Positions 1 through 18,200 of a stretch of DNA of 64,000 nucleotides are shown in pieces. Both the position numbers and the translations under genes were made by a program. The notes beneath the pieces are model-generated. The model was not told the DNA's origin. It was given only the letters and a program-made list of their open reading frames with translations, and ran no database searches. This DNA comes from the human T2T-CHM13v2.0 reference genome, Homo sapiens, in assembly GCF_009914755.1 (NCBI RefSeq), contig NC_060939.1. One strand, given 5' to 3'. How positions within the stretch are numbered: position 1 is the stretch's first letter; each line of letters begins with the position of its first letter.

Positions 1-3000
1 ATGACCTGGGAGATCAGTGCAGAGATATTTCACAATACTCCTGTAGGCAGACAGTGGACAAGAGTTACATAACCTAGGTGATCTGTGCAGAGCTATGTCA
101 AAACGCCCCTGTAGGCAGAGCCTAGATAAATGTTACATCTCCTGGGTGATCAGTGCAGACATACGTCACAATACCCCCTGTAGGTGGAGCCTAGACAAGA
201 GTTACATCACCTGGGTGATCGATGCAGAGATATGTCACAAAGCCCCTGTAGGCAGAGCCTAAACAAGAGTTACATCTCCTGGGTGATCAGTGCAGAAATA
301 TATCACAAAGCCCCTGTAGGCCGAGCCTAGACAAGAATTACATCTCCTGGGTGATCAGTGCAAACATATGTCACAAAGCCCCCTGTGGACAAATCCCAGA
401 AAATTGTTACATCACCTGGGTGATCAGTGGAGTTATCTGTCACAATTCCCTTCTAGGCGCAGCTTAGACAAGCGTTACATCACATGAGTGATCAGTGCAG
501 AGATATGTCACTATGACCCTATAGGCAGATCGAAGACAAGAGTCCATCACCTGGGTGATCAGTGCAGAGATATGTCATAAATACCACAGTAGGCAAAGCC
601 TAGACAAGTTTTACATCAGCTGGGTGATCATTGCAGAGATATGTCCCAATGTCCCTCTAGGCAGAGCTTAGACAAGAGTCACATCTCCTGGGTGATCAGT
701 GCAGGGATAAGTCACAATGCCCCAGTAGGCAGAGCCTAGACAAGAGTTACATAACCCGGGTCAACCGTGCAGAGTGATGTCAAAAGGCCCTCAGTAGGCA
801 GAGCCTAGACAAGAGTTACATAACCCGGGTGATCCGTGCAGAGTGATGTCACAACGACCTCTGTAGGCAGAGACTAGAAAAGAGTTACATCACCTGGGTG
901 ATCGGTGCAGAGATATTTCTCAACGCCCCCTTTGGGCAGAGGGTAGACAAGAGTTATATCACCTAGGTGATCAGTGCAGAGATTTGTCAAAATTCCCTGT
1001 AGGCAGTGCTTATAAACGTGTTACATCACCTAAGTGATCAGTGCAGAGATATGCCACAAAGCTCCTGTAGGCAGAACTTAGATGAGTTACATCACCTGGG
1101 TGATCAGTGCAAAGTTGTGTCACAAAGCCCCCTATAGGCAAAGCCTAGACAATAGTTACATCACTTGGGTGATCAGTGGTGAGATCTCTCACAATTACCC
1201 TGTAGGCAGCAGAGCTTATACAACCGTTACATCATCTGGGTGATCAGTGCAGAGGTATGTCACAATGCCCCCATAGGCAGATCCAAGACAAGAGTCCATC
1301 ACCTGGGTGATCAGTGCAGAAATATGTCACAATGCCCCCTTAGGCAGAGCCTACACAAAAGCCCCATCACCTGGATGATCAGTGCAGGGTTATGTCACAA
1401 AGTCCCCTTAGGCAGATTCTAGACAAGAGTTACATCACTTGGATGATCAGTGCAGAGATATGTCACAATGCCACTGTAGACAGAGTCTAGACAAGAGTTA
1501 CATGACCTAGGAGATCAGTGCAGAGATACATCGCAATGTCCCTGTAGGCAGAGCCTTGACAAGTGGTACATCACCTGGGTGATCATTGCAGGGATATATC
1601 ACAAAGCACCCTGTAGGCAGATACTAGAAAAAAGTTACAGCACCTGGGTGGTCAGTGCAGAGATATGTCACGATGCCATTGTAGGCAGAGCCTAGGCAAG
1701 AGTTAAATGACCTAGGTGATCAGTGCAGAGATACATCACAATGCCCCTGCAGGCAGAGCCTTGACAAGTGGTATATCACCTGGGTGATCATTGCAGGGAT
1801 ATGTCACAAAGCACCCTGTGGGCAGATCCTAGAGAAGAGTTATATCACCTGGGTGATCAGTGCAGAGATATGTCACAAGAACCCTGTAGGCAGAGCCTAG
1901 ACAAGTGTTATATCACCTGGGTTATAAGTGCAGTGATATGTCACAATGCCGTGTAGCCAGAGCCTAGACTAAAGTTACAGCACCGAGGAGATCAGTGCAG
2001 AGATATGTCACAATGTCCCCAGTAGGCAGAGACCAGGCAAGAGTTGGATCACCTCGGGATCGGTGCAGAGATATGTCTCAATCCCCCTGTGGGCACAGCC
2101 TAGACAAGAGTTACATCACCTCAGTAAACAGTGCAGAGATCTGTCAGGATGCCCCTGTAGGCAGAGCCTACACAAGTGTTACATCACTTTGGTGATCAGT
2201 GCAGAGATATGTCACGATACCCCCTGTAAGTAGAGACTACACAAGAGTTACATCACCTGGGTGGTCAGTGCAGAGATATGTGGCAACGCCCCTTTAAGCA
2301 GAGCCTAGACAATAGTTACATCACCTGAGTGATCAGTGCAGAGATCTGTCACAATGCCCTTTTAGGCAGAGCTTAGACCAGAGTTACATCACCTGGGTGA
2401 TCAGTACAGAGACATGTTACAATGCCCCCATAGGCAAATCCTAGACAAGAGTCCGTCACCTGGGTGATCAGTGTAGAAATATGTGACAATGCCCAAGGAG
2501 GCAGAGCCTAGAAAAGAGTCCCATCACCTGGGTGATCAGTGCAGAGATATTTCACAATGCTCCTGCAGGCAGAGCATAAGCAAGAGTTACATCACATAGA
2601 TGATCAGTGCAGAGATTTGTCACAAGGCCCCCTATAGTCAGAGGCTCGACAAGAGTTAGGTCACCTCGGTTATCAATGCAGTGATATGTCACTATGCCTC
2701 ATAGGCAGAGCCTAGTCAAGCGTTACATCACCTGGGTGATCAGTGCAGAGATATGTCACAAAGCCCCCATACACAGCGCCTAGACAAGTGTCCCATCACC
2801 TGGGTGATCAGTGCAGAAATATGTCACAATGCCCCCATAGGCAGATCCAACACAAGAGTTACATCACCTGGGTGATCAGTGTAGAGATATGTCACAATGC
2901 CCCCATAGGCAGAGCCTAGACAAAAGTCCCATCACCTGGATGATCAGTGCAGAGATATCTTCCAAAGCCCCTGAAGGCAGAGCCTAGAGAAAAGTAACAT

Positions 3001-3030
3001 CACTTTGTTGATCAGTTCAGAGATGTGTCA
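1..3030 (+). repeat. Beta satellite (68-bp Sau3A/BSR) tandem array, block 1
   Basis: ~68-bp monomers with consensus gatcagtgcagagatatgtcacaatgcccctgtaggcagagcctagacaagagttacatcacctgggt repeated head-to-tail; matches the known beta-satellite consensus; runs off the left edge of the window. Confidence 0.97.
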
Positions 3031-3756
3031 TGCTGACTGTTTGCTCCCGGAGCTCTGCGGGCACCCGGAAACATGCAGGCAAGGTGGAAGACTGGCATTG
3101 TGCCTTCGCTCTCCTTGCCAGTTTCCAAAACTGCCACACCGAAGACTCCCCATGTTGCCGCACACGGGAATCCATCATCAGTCCATCACGCTGGGGAGGC
3201 ATCTTCTCTCTGGGGTCTCGCTCTGGTCTCCTACGTGGAAATGAACGAGAGCCACACGCCTGCCCCTGTGACACTGTCCCGGCAACGGCGACACCCACAG
3301 GCACTGCCACCTTCACGGAGAGAGGGCCTGGAACACAGCAGACTCCCACGGAGATTCAGTCCCACACTCCCCTCCACCCTCCCAGGCCGGTTTCTCCCTG
3401 CTGAAGACGCGTGGGAGCCCAGAGAGCAGCTTCCAGTTCCCGCCTGATTCCTGAAGAGGTCGGCAGAGCCAGCCCCGGAAACGCGCCCCTCTCACCACTT
3501 CCCCCTCGCCCCCTTCATCTTCGTATCTCCAGCCCCACCACCGCCATCACCACACCCTCCCCCCCAACACAACCACCCCACAGCCGCAGGCCTCGACGCC
3601 CTGGGACCCTTCCGGGGTGGGGCGTGCTGTCCCAGGGCTCACCGCCATTCATGAAGGGGTGGAGCCTGCCTGCCTGCAGGCCTTCATAATAGCCGCTGGC
3701 TGGCTGTCCGGGCAGGCCTCCTGGCTGCACCTGCCGCAGTCCACAGGCTGGATGAG
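3031..3756 (+). pseudogene. D4Z4-derived fragment (hhspm3/DUX4 promoter region), truncated ~70 bp before the DUX4 ATG
   Basis: GC-rich sequence (tgctgactgtttgctcccggagctctgcgggcacccggaaacatgcagg...ccattcatgaaggggtggagcctgcctg...ctggctgcacctgccgcagt) recognised as the D4Z4 region upstream of DUX4. It is colinear with 5514-6239 and rejoins beta satellite at ...ggatgag|atatttcacaaagcc. Confidence 0.9.
3645..3671 (+). promoter_or_regulatory. D4Z4 binding element (DBE: YY1 CCAT core + GGGGTGG GC box), intact
   Basis: CCATTCATGAAGGGGTGGAGCCTGCCT matches the D4Z4 element as I recall it (bound by YY1/HMGB2/nucleolin). Followed by a CATAA TATA-box variant at 3685-3689. Confidence 0.75.
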
Positions 3757-5513
3757 ATATTTCACAAAGCCTTCTGTAGGCAAAGCCCATACAAGGCTTA
3801 CATCACCTAGGTGATCAGTGCAGTGATATATCAAAAAAATCCCTGTAGACAGAGCCTAAAAAAGAGGTACATCACCTGGGTGATCCGTGCAGATATTTGA
3901 CACAATGCCCCCATAGACAGAGCCAAGACAAGACTTCCATCACCTTCGTGATCAGTGCAGAGATATATCAAATATCCCCCTCTAGGCAGAGTGTAGAGAA
4001 GAGTCCCATCACCTGGGTGATCAGTGCAGAGATATGTGAGAATTCCCGTGTAGGCACAGCCTAGACAAGTGTTACATCACCTAGGTTATCAGTGCAGGTA
4101 TAAGTCGTAAAGCCTCCTGTAGGCAGAGCATAGACAAGAGTTCCCTCCCCAGGGTGATCAGTGCAGAGATGTGTCACAAAGCCCCTGTAGGCAGAACCTA
4201 GACAAGAGTTACATCACCTGGGTGATCAGTGCAGAGATATGTCCCAATGCCACTGTAGGCAGAGCCTAGAGAAGAGTTACATGACCTAGGAGATCAATAC
4301 AGAGATACATCGCAATGCCCCTGTAGGCAGAGCCTTGACAGGTGGTATATCACCTGGGTGACCATTGCAGGTATATGTCACAAAGCACCCTGTAGGCAGA
4401 TCCTAGAGAAGAGTTGTATCACCTGGGTGATCAGTGCAGTGATATGTCACAAGCACCTTTAGGCAGAGCCTAGACAAGAGTTATATCACCTGGGTGATCA
4501 GTGCAGTGATATGACACAATGCTGTGTAGCCAGAGCCTAGACTAAAGTTACAGCACCTGGGAGATCAGTGCAGAGATATGACACAATGTCCCCAGTAGGC
4601 AGAGAACAGGCAAGATTTGGATCACCTCGGGATCAGTGCAGAGATATGTCTCAATCCCCTTGTGGGCACAGCCTAGACAAGAGTTAAATCACCTCGGTTA
4701 ACAGTGCAGAGATATGTCAAAATGCCCCTGTAGGCAGAGCCTACACAAGTGTTACATCACCTGGGTGATCAATGCAGAGATATGTGACAAGGCCCCTTTA
4801 AGCAGAACCTAGACAATAGTTACATCACCTGGGTGATCAGTGCAGAGATCTGTCACAATGCCCCTTTAGGCAGAACTTAGACCAGAGTTACATCATTTGG
4901 GTGATCAGTGCAGTGATATGCCACAATACCCCCATAGGCAAATCCAAGACAAGAGTCCATCACCTGTCACAATTCCCCCAGGTGGCAGAGCCTAGAGAAG
5001 AGTCCCATCACCGGGGTGACCAGTGCAGAGATATTTCACAATGCCCCTGTAGGCAGAGTGTAAGCAAGAGTTACATCACCTAGATGATCAGTGCACAGAT
5101 ATGTCACAAGGCCCCCTATAGGCAGAGCCTGCACAAGAGTTACATCACCTCGGTGATAAATGCAGTGATATGTCACTATGCCCGTAGGCAGAGCCTAGTC
5201 AAGCACTAAATCAAATGGGTGATCAGTGCAGAGATATGTCACAAAGCCCCCATACACAGAGCCTAGACAAGAGTCCCATCACCTGGGTGATCAGTGCAGA
5301 AATATGTCACAATGCCCCCATAGGCAGATCCAACGCAAGAGTTACATCACCTGGGTGATCAGTGTAGAGATATGTCACAATGCCCGCATAGGCAGAGCCT
5401 AGACAAATGTCCCGTCACCTGGGTGATCAGTGCAGAGATATGTCACAAAGCCCCTGTAGGTAGAGACTAGACAAGTGTTACGTCACTTTGTTGATCAGTT
5501 CCGAGATGTGTCA
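3757..5513 (+). repeat. Beta satellite array, block 2
   Basis: 68-bp monomers, same orientation. Variant monomer order parallels ~1670-3030 and 8070-8675; small internal deletion near 4965 (catcacctg|tcacaatt). Confidence 0.96.
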
Positions 5514-10849
<5,336 letters not shown>

Positions 10850-10852
<3 letters not shown>

Positions 10853-13800
10853 CACTACAGCCTGTGTGACAGAGGGAGACCCTGTTGAAAGAAAGGAGTG
10901 GAATGGAAGGGATTGGAATGGAATGGAATGGATTGGAATGCAGTGGAGTGGAATTGAGTGTAGTGGAGTGGAGTGCAGTGGAATGGAATGGAATGGAATA
11001 CTGAAATGAAAAGTGAGCTGAGATTGTGCCACTGCACACCAGCCTTGGTGACAGAGTGAGATACTGTCAAAAGAAAGTACTGGAATGGAATGGAGTGGAA
11101 TGGAATGGAATGGAGTGGAATGGAATGTAATGGAGTTGAGAGCAGTGGAGTGGAGTAGAAAGGAGTGGAATGGAATGGGATGGAAAGAAAAGGACTGGAG
11201 TGGATTGGGCTGGGTTGGAGTGGAGTGGAATGGATTGGAGTGGAGTGGAGTGGAATTTAATGGAGTAGAATACAATGGAATGGTGAAATGAAATGTGAGC
11301 TGAGATTCTGCCACTGCGCTCCAGGCTGGGTGACAGAGTGAGATACTCTCGAAAGAAAGGAATGGAATTGAATGCAGTGGAATGGAATGGAATGGATTGG
11401 AGTGGAGTGGAGTGGAGTGGAGTGGAGTGGAGTGGAGTGGAGTGAAATAGAGAGGAATGGAATGGGATGGAATGGAATGTAAAGGAATGGTGAAAATAAA
11501 TGTGAGCTAAGATTGTGCCACTGCACTGCAGCCTCTGTGACAGAGTGAGATCCTTTGGAAAGAAAGGAAAGGAATGGTATGGAATGGAATGGAGTGGAGT
11601 GGAGTGGAGTGGAGTGGCGTGGAATGGAATGGAATGGAATGGAATGGAATGGAATGGAATGGAATGGAATGGAGTGGAGTGGAATGTAATGGAATGGACT
11701 GGAATGGAATACAATGGAATGCAATGGAATAGAATGCAGTGAAATGGAATGTTGACATGTAATGTGAACAGAGATTGTGCCACTGCACTCCAGCCTGGGT
11801 GACACAGTGATATCCTGTCAAAAGAAAGGAATGGAATGCAATGGAGTGAAACGGAATGGAATGGAATGGAGTGGAGAGGAGGGGAGTGGAGTGGAGTAAA
11901 GTGGAGTGGAGTGGAATGCAATGGATTGGAATAGGGTGGAGAGGAATGGAATGGAGTGGAATGGAATGGGAGGGAACGGAGTGGAGTGGAGTGGAGTGGA
12001 ATGAAGAGTAACGGAGTGGAGTGGAGTGGAATGCAATCGAATGGAATGTAATTGAAAGGAATGAAATGGAGTGGAATGGAATGAAATGGAATGGAGTGGA
12101 GTGGAATGGAGTGGAGTGGAATGGAGTGGAGTGGAGAGGAATGGAGTGGATAGGAGTGGAACGGAGTGGAGTGGAGTGGAATGGAATGGAGAGGAATTGA
12201 ACGGAATAGAGTGGAATGGAGTGGAAAAGAGTGGAATGGAATGTAGTGGAATGAAATGGAGTGGAGTGGACTGGAGTATAGTGTAATGGAATGCAGTGGA
12301 ATGCAATGTAGTGTAATAGAATGGAATGGAATGGAACGGAATGGAATGGAATGGAATGAAATGGTGAAAAGAAATGTGTGCTGAGACTGTGCAAATGCAC
12401 TACAGCCCGTGTGACAGAGGGAGATCCTGTCGAAAGAAAGGCGTGGAATGGAAGGGATTGGAATGGAATGAATTGGACTGGAGTGGAGTCGAATTGAGTG
12501 GAATGGAGTGGAGTGGAGTGCAGTGGAATAGAATGGAATGGAATGGAGTGCTGAAGTGAAATGTGAGATGAGACTGTGCCACTGAACACCAGCCTGGGTA
12601 ACAGAGTGAGATTCTGTCAAAAGAAAGGAATGGAATGGAATGGAGTGGAATGGAATGGAGTGGAGTGGAGTGGAGTGGAAAGGAGTGGAATGGCGTGGGA
12701 TGGAATGGAGTGGAGTGGAGTAGACTGGAATGGAGTGGAGTGGAGTGGAGTGGAATGGATTGGAGAGGAGTGGAGAAGAGTGGAGTGGAGTCGAATGGAA
12801 TGGAATGGAATGAAATCGTGAAATGAAATGTGACCCGAGATTTTGTCACTGCGCTCCAGGCTGGGTGACAGAGTGAGATTCTTTCAAAAGAAAGCAATAG
12901 AATGGAATGCAGTGGAATGGAATGGAGTGGAATGGAGTGCGGTGAAGTGGAGTGGACTGGAATGGGATGGAATGGAGTGGAATGAAATGGAGATGAGTGG
13001 GGTGGAGGGGATTGCAGTGGAATGGAGCAGAATGGAATGGGATGGAATGGAATGGAGTGGAGTGCAGTCGAGAGGAGAGGAGTGGAATGGAGTGGAATGG
13101 CATCGGATATAATGGAATTAAGTGGAGTGGAGTGGAGTGGAATGGAGTGGTATGGAATGGAATTGAATGGAATGGAATGGAATGGTGAAATGAAATGTGA
13201 TCTAAGATTGTGCCACTGAACTCCAGTCTGGTTGACAGAGTGAGATCTAGTAGAAATAAAGGAATGGAATGGAATGGAGTAGAATGGAATGGAATGGAGT
13301 GCAGTGCAGTGGAATGGAGTAGAGTGGAATGGAGTTGAGTGGAAGGGAGTGGAATGGAATGGCATGGAATGGAGTGGAATGGAATTGAATGGAGTTGAAC
13401 GGAATGGAATAGAATGAAATGGAATGCAGTGAAATGAATTGGACTAGAATTGAATGGATTGGAGTGGAGTGGAGTGGAATCGAGTGGAGTGCTATGGAAT
13501 GGAATGGAGTGGAGTGGGGTGGAGTGGAATGGAAAGGAGTGGAGTGGAATGGAGTGGAGTGGAATGGAATGGGAAGGAGTGGAGTGGAATGGAATGGCAT
13601 GGAATGGAGTGGAATGGAATGGAGTGGAGTGGAGAGGAGTAGAATTGAATGGACTGGAGCGGAATGGAGTGGAGTAGAATGGAATGGAAAGGGAAGGAAT
13701 GGAATGGAATGGAATGGAATGGAATAGAGTACAATGGAATGGAATGGAGTGGAATGGAATGGAGTGGGGTGGAGTGGAGTGCAGTGGAGTGGAATGGAGT

Positions 13801-16800
13801 GGAATGGAGTGAAATGCAGTGGAGTGGAATGGGGTGGAATGGAGTGGGGTGGAGTGGAGTGCAGTGGAGTGGAATGGAGTGGAATGGAGTGAAATGCAGT
13901 GGAGTGGAATGGGGTGGAATGGAGTGGAGTCCAGTGGAATGGTATGGAATGGAATGGAATGGAGTGAAGTGGAATGGAGTGGAACGGAATGGAGTGGAGT
14001 GGAGTGGAGTGGAATGAAATAGAGTGGAATGGAATGGGATGGAATGGAATGCAAAGGAATGGTGAAAAGAAATGTGAGCTGAGATTGTGATACTGCACTC
14101 CAGCTTTTGTGACAGAATGAGATCCTGTGGAAAGAAAGGAATGGAATGGAATGGAGTGGAATGTAATGCAGAAGAGGAGAGTGGAGTGGAGTGGAATGTA
14201 ATGCAGTGGAGGGGAGTGGAGTGGAGTGCAGAGGAGTGGAGTGGAATGGAGTGTAGTGAAGGGGAGTGGAATTGAGTGGAGTGGAGTGGAATAGAGTGGA
14301 ATGGAATGGAGTGGAGTGGAGTGGAATGGAGTGGCATGGAGTGGAAAGGAGTGGAATGGATTGGAGTGGAATGGAGAGGAGTGGAGTGGAGTGGAGTAGA
14401 GTGGAATGGAATGGAGTGGAGTGGAGTGGAAAGGAGTGGCATGGAGTGGAATGGAGTGGAGTGGAGTGGAGTGGAATGGAGTGGAGTGCAGTGGAAGGGA
14501 TTGGAATGGAAAGGAATAGAGTGGAATGGAATGGAATGATATGGTGAAAAGAAATGTGTGCTGAGATTGTGCCACTGTGCTACAGCCTGTGTGACACAGG
14601 GAGATCCTGTCAAAAGAAAGGAGTGGAATGTAAGGGATTGGCATGGAATGGAATGGATTGGAGTGGAGTGGAATGGAATTGAGTGGAGTGGAGTGGAGCG
14701 CACTGGAATGGAATGGACTGGAGTGGAATGGTGAAATGAAATATGAGCTGAGATTGTGCCAGTGCACACCAGCCTGGGTGACAGAGTGAGACCCCATCAA
14801 AACAATGGAATAGAATGGAGTGGAATGGAATGGAGTGGATTGGAGGGGAGTGGAGTTGAAAGGAGTGGAATGGAAAGGAGTGGAATGGAATGGAGTGGAG
14901 TGGAATGCATTGGAGTGGAGTGGAGCTGAATTGAATGGAATAGAATAGAATGGAAAGGAATGGTGAAATGAAATGTGTGCTGAGATTGTGCCACCAGACT
15001 CCGGGCTGGGTGACAGAGTGAGATACTCTCAAAAGAAAGGAATGGAATGGAATGCAGTGTAATGGAATGGAATGGAATGGAATGGAATGGAATGGAATGG
15101 AATAGAATGGAATGAAATGGAAAGGAATGGAATGGAGTGAACTGGAGAGGAGTGGATTGGAGAGAAGTGGGGTGGAGTGGAATGGAGGGGAATGGAATGG
15201 GATGGAATGGAATGGAATGAAGTGGAGTGGAGTGGGGTGGAGGGAAGTGCAGTGGAATGGAGCGGAATGGATTGGGATGGAATGGAATGCAGTGGAGTGG
15301 AGTGTAGTTGAGTGGAGAGGAGTGGAATGTAGTGGAATGGAATCGGATGTAATGGAATGTAGAGGAGTGGAGTGGAGTGGAGTTGAACGGAGTGGAATGG
15401 AAGGGAAAGGAATGGAATGGAATGGATGTAAAGGAAAGGAATGGAATGCAATTTAATGTAATGGAATAGAATGCAATGAAATGGAAAGTTGACATGTAAT
15501 ATGAGCTGAGATAGTGCCACTGCACTCAAGCCTGGGTGACACAGTGACATACAGTGGAAAGGAAGCTATGGAATGCAATGGAGTGAAATGTTATGGAATT
15601 GAATGGAATTGAGAGGAGGGGAATGGAGTTTAGTGCAATGGAGTCAACTGGAATGGGATGGAGTGGAATGGAGTGGAGTGGAGTGAAATAGAGAGGAATG
15701 GAATGGGATGGAATGGAATGGAATGGAATTGAATGGTGAAAAGAAATGTGAGCTGAGATTGTGCCACTGCACTCCAGCCTCTGTGACAGAGTGAGATCCT
15801 TTGGAAAGAAAGGAAAGGAATGGTATGGAATGGAATGGAATGGAATGGAGTGGAGTGGAGTGGAGAGGAGTGGAGTGGAGAGGAGTGGAGAGGAGTGGAG
15901 TGGAATGGATTGGAGTGGAATGGAATGGAGTGGAGTGGAATGGAATGGAGTGGAATGGAATGGAATGGAGTGGAGTGGAATGGAATGGAATGGAGTGGAA
16001 TGGAATGGAATGGAGTGGAATGGAATGTAATGGAGTGGGATGGAATGCAATGGAAATGAATGCAATGGAATGAAACGGAATGGAACGGAATGGAATGGAA
16101 TGGAATGGTGAAAAGAAATGTGTGCTGAGATTGTGCCACTGCGCTACACCCTGTGTGAGAGAGGGAGATCTTGTCAAAAGAAAGTAGTGGAATGGAAGGG
16201 ATTGGAATTGCACGGAATGGAATAGGTTGGAGTGGAGTGGAGTGGAATTCAGTGGATAGGAGTGGAGTGCAGTGGAATGGAAAGGAATGGAATGGTGAAA
16301 TGAAAAATGGGTTGAGATTGTGCCACTGCACTCCTGCCTGAGTGACAGAGTGAGATCCTCTCAAATGAAAGGAATGTAATCTAATGGAGTGGAATGCAAT
16401 AGAATGGAGTGGAGTAGAGTGGATTGGAGAGGAAAGGAGTGCAATGGAATGGGATGGAAAGGAAAGGAGTGGAGTGGAATGGAATGGAATGGAGTGGAGT
16501 GAAGTGGAATGGATTGCAATGGAGTGGAGTGGAGTAGAGCAGAATGGAACTGAATGGAACGGAATTGAATGGAATGGTGAAATTAAATGTCAGCTGAGAT
16601 TGTGCCACTGCTCTCCGGGCTGGGTGATGGAGTGAGATACTCTCGAAAGAAAGGAATGGAATGGAATGCAATGCAGTGGAATGGAATGGAATGGAATGGA
16701 ATGGAATGGAGTGGACTGGAGTGGATTGGAGTGGAGTGAAGTGGAGTGGAGTGGAATGGAGAGGAATGCAATGGGATGGAATGGAATGGAATGAAGTGGA

Positions 16801-18200
16801 GTGGAGTGGGGAGGAGTGGAGTCCAGTGGAATGGAGCAGAATGGAATGGGATGGAGTGGAATGGAGTGGTGTAGAGAGAAGGGGAGTGGAGAGGAGTGGA
16901 ATGGAGTGGAATGGAATTGGATGTGACGGAATGCAGTGGAGTGGAGTGGTGTGGAATGGGATGGAATGTTGTGGAGTGGAGTGGAGTGGAACGGAATGGA
17001 ATGGAATAGAATGGAATACAATGGAATTCAATGGAATGCAATGGAATAGAATGCAATGAAATGGAATGTTGTCATGCAATGTGAGCAGAGACTGTGCCAC
17101 TGCTCTCCAGCCTGAGTGACACAGTGATATAGTGTCGAAAGAAAGGAATGGAATGCAATGGAGTGAAATGGAATGGAATGAAAAGGAGAGCAGTGAAGTG
17201 GAGTGGAGTGGAGCGGAGTGGAGTGGAGTGGACTGCAATGGAATGGAATGGAGTGGAGTGGAATGGAATGGTAAGGAATGGAATGGAAAGGAATTGAGTG
17301 GAGTGGAATGGAAGGGAGAGGAATTGAGTGGAGTGGAGTGGAATGCAATCGAATGGAATGTAATGGAAGGGAATGGAATGGAGTGGAAGGGAATGGAATG
17401 GAGTGGAATGGAATGAAATGGAATGGAGTGGAGTGGAATGGAGTGAAGTGGAGTGGAATGGAGTGGACAGGAGTGGAGTGGAATGGAATGGAGTGGAATG
17501 AAATGGAATGGAGTGGAATGGAGTGGAAAAGAGTGGAATGGAATGTGGTGGAATAAAATGGAGTGGAGTGGACTGGAGTAGATTGAAATGGAATGCAGAG
17601 GAATGGAATGAAGTGGAATGGAATGGAATGGAATGGAATGGAATGGAATGAAATGGTGAAAAGGAATGAGTGCTGAGATTGTGCCACGTGCTACAGCCTG
17701 TGTGACACAGGGAGATCCTGTCGAAAGAAAGGAGTGGAATGGAAGAGATTGGAATGGAATGGAGTGGAATGGATTGGAGTGGAGTGGAGTAGAATTCAGT
17801 GGAGTGGAGTGCAGTGGAATAGAATGGAATGGAATGAAATGCTGAAGTAAAACGTGAGATGAGATTGTGCCACTGCACACAGCCTTGGTGACAGAGTGAG
17901 ATCCTGTCAAAAGAAAGGAATGGAAAGGAAACGAGTGGAATGGAATGGAATGGAGTGGAATGGAATGGAGTGGGGTGGATTGGAGTGGAGTGGAAAGGAG
18001 TGGAATGAAATGGGATGGAATGGAAAGGAGTGGAGTGGAATGGACTGGAGTGGAGTGGAGTGGAATGGATTGGAGTGGAGTGGAGTAGAGTGGAATAGAG
18101 TGGAATGGAATGCAATGGAATGGTGAAATGAAATGTGAGCTGAGATTCTGCCACTGCACTGCAGGCTGGGTGATAGAGTGAGATACTTTCGAAACAAAGG
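10850..18200 (+). mobile_element. 22 Alu right-arm 3'-terminal fragments (~65 bp each) embedded in GGAAT/GGAGT satellite
   Basis: Each matches gtgagctgagattgtgccactgcactccagcctgggtgacagagtgagatcctgtcaaaagaaagg, i.e. the CpG-decayed Alu 3' end (gtgagccgagatcgcgccactgcactccagcctgggcgacagagcgagactccgtctcaaaa). Approximate starts: 10850 (5'-cut), 11013, 11295, 11502, 11764, 12376, 12563, 12830, 13197, 14074, 14556, 14743, 14975, 15501, 15748, 16120, 16308, 16589, 17081, 17668, 17854, 18135. Confidence 0.92.
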
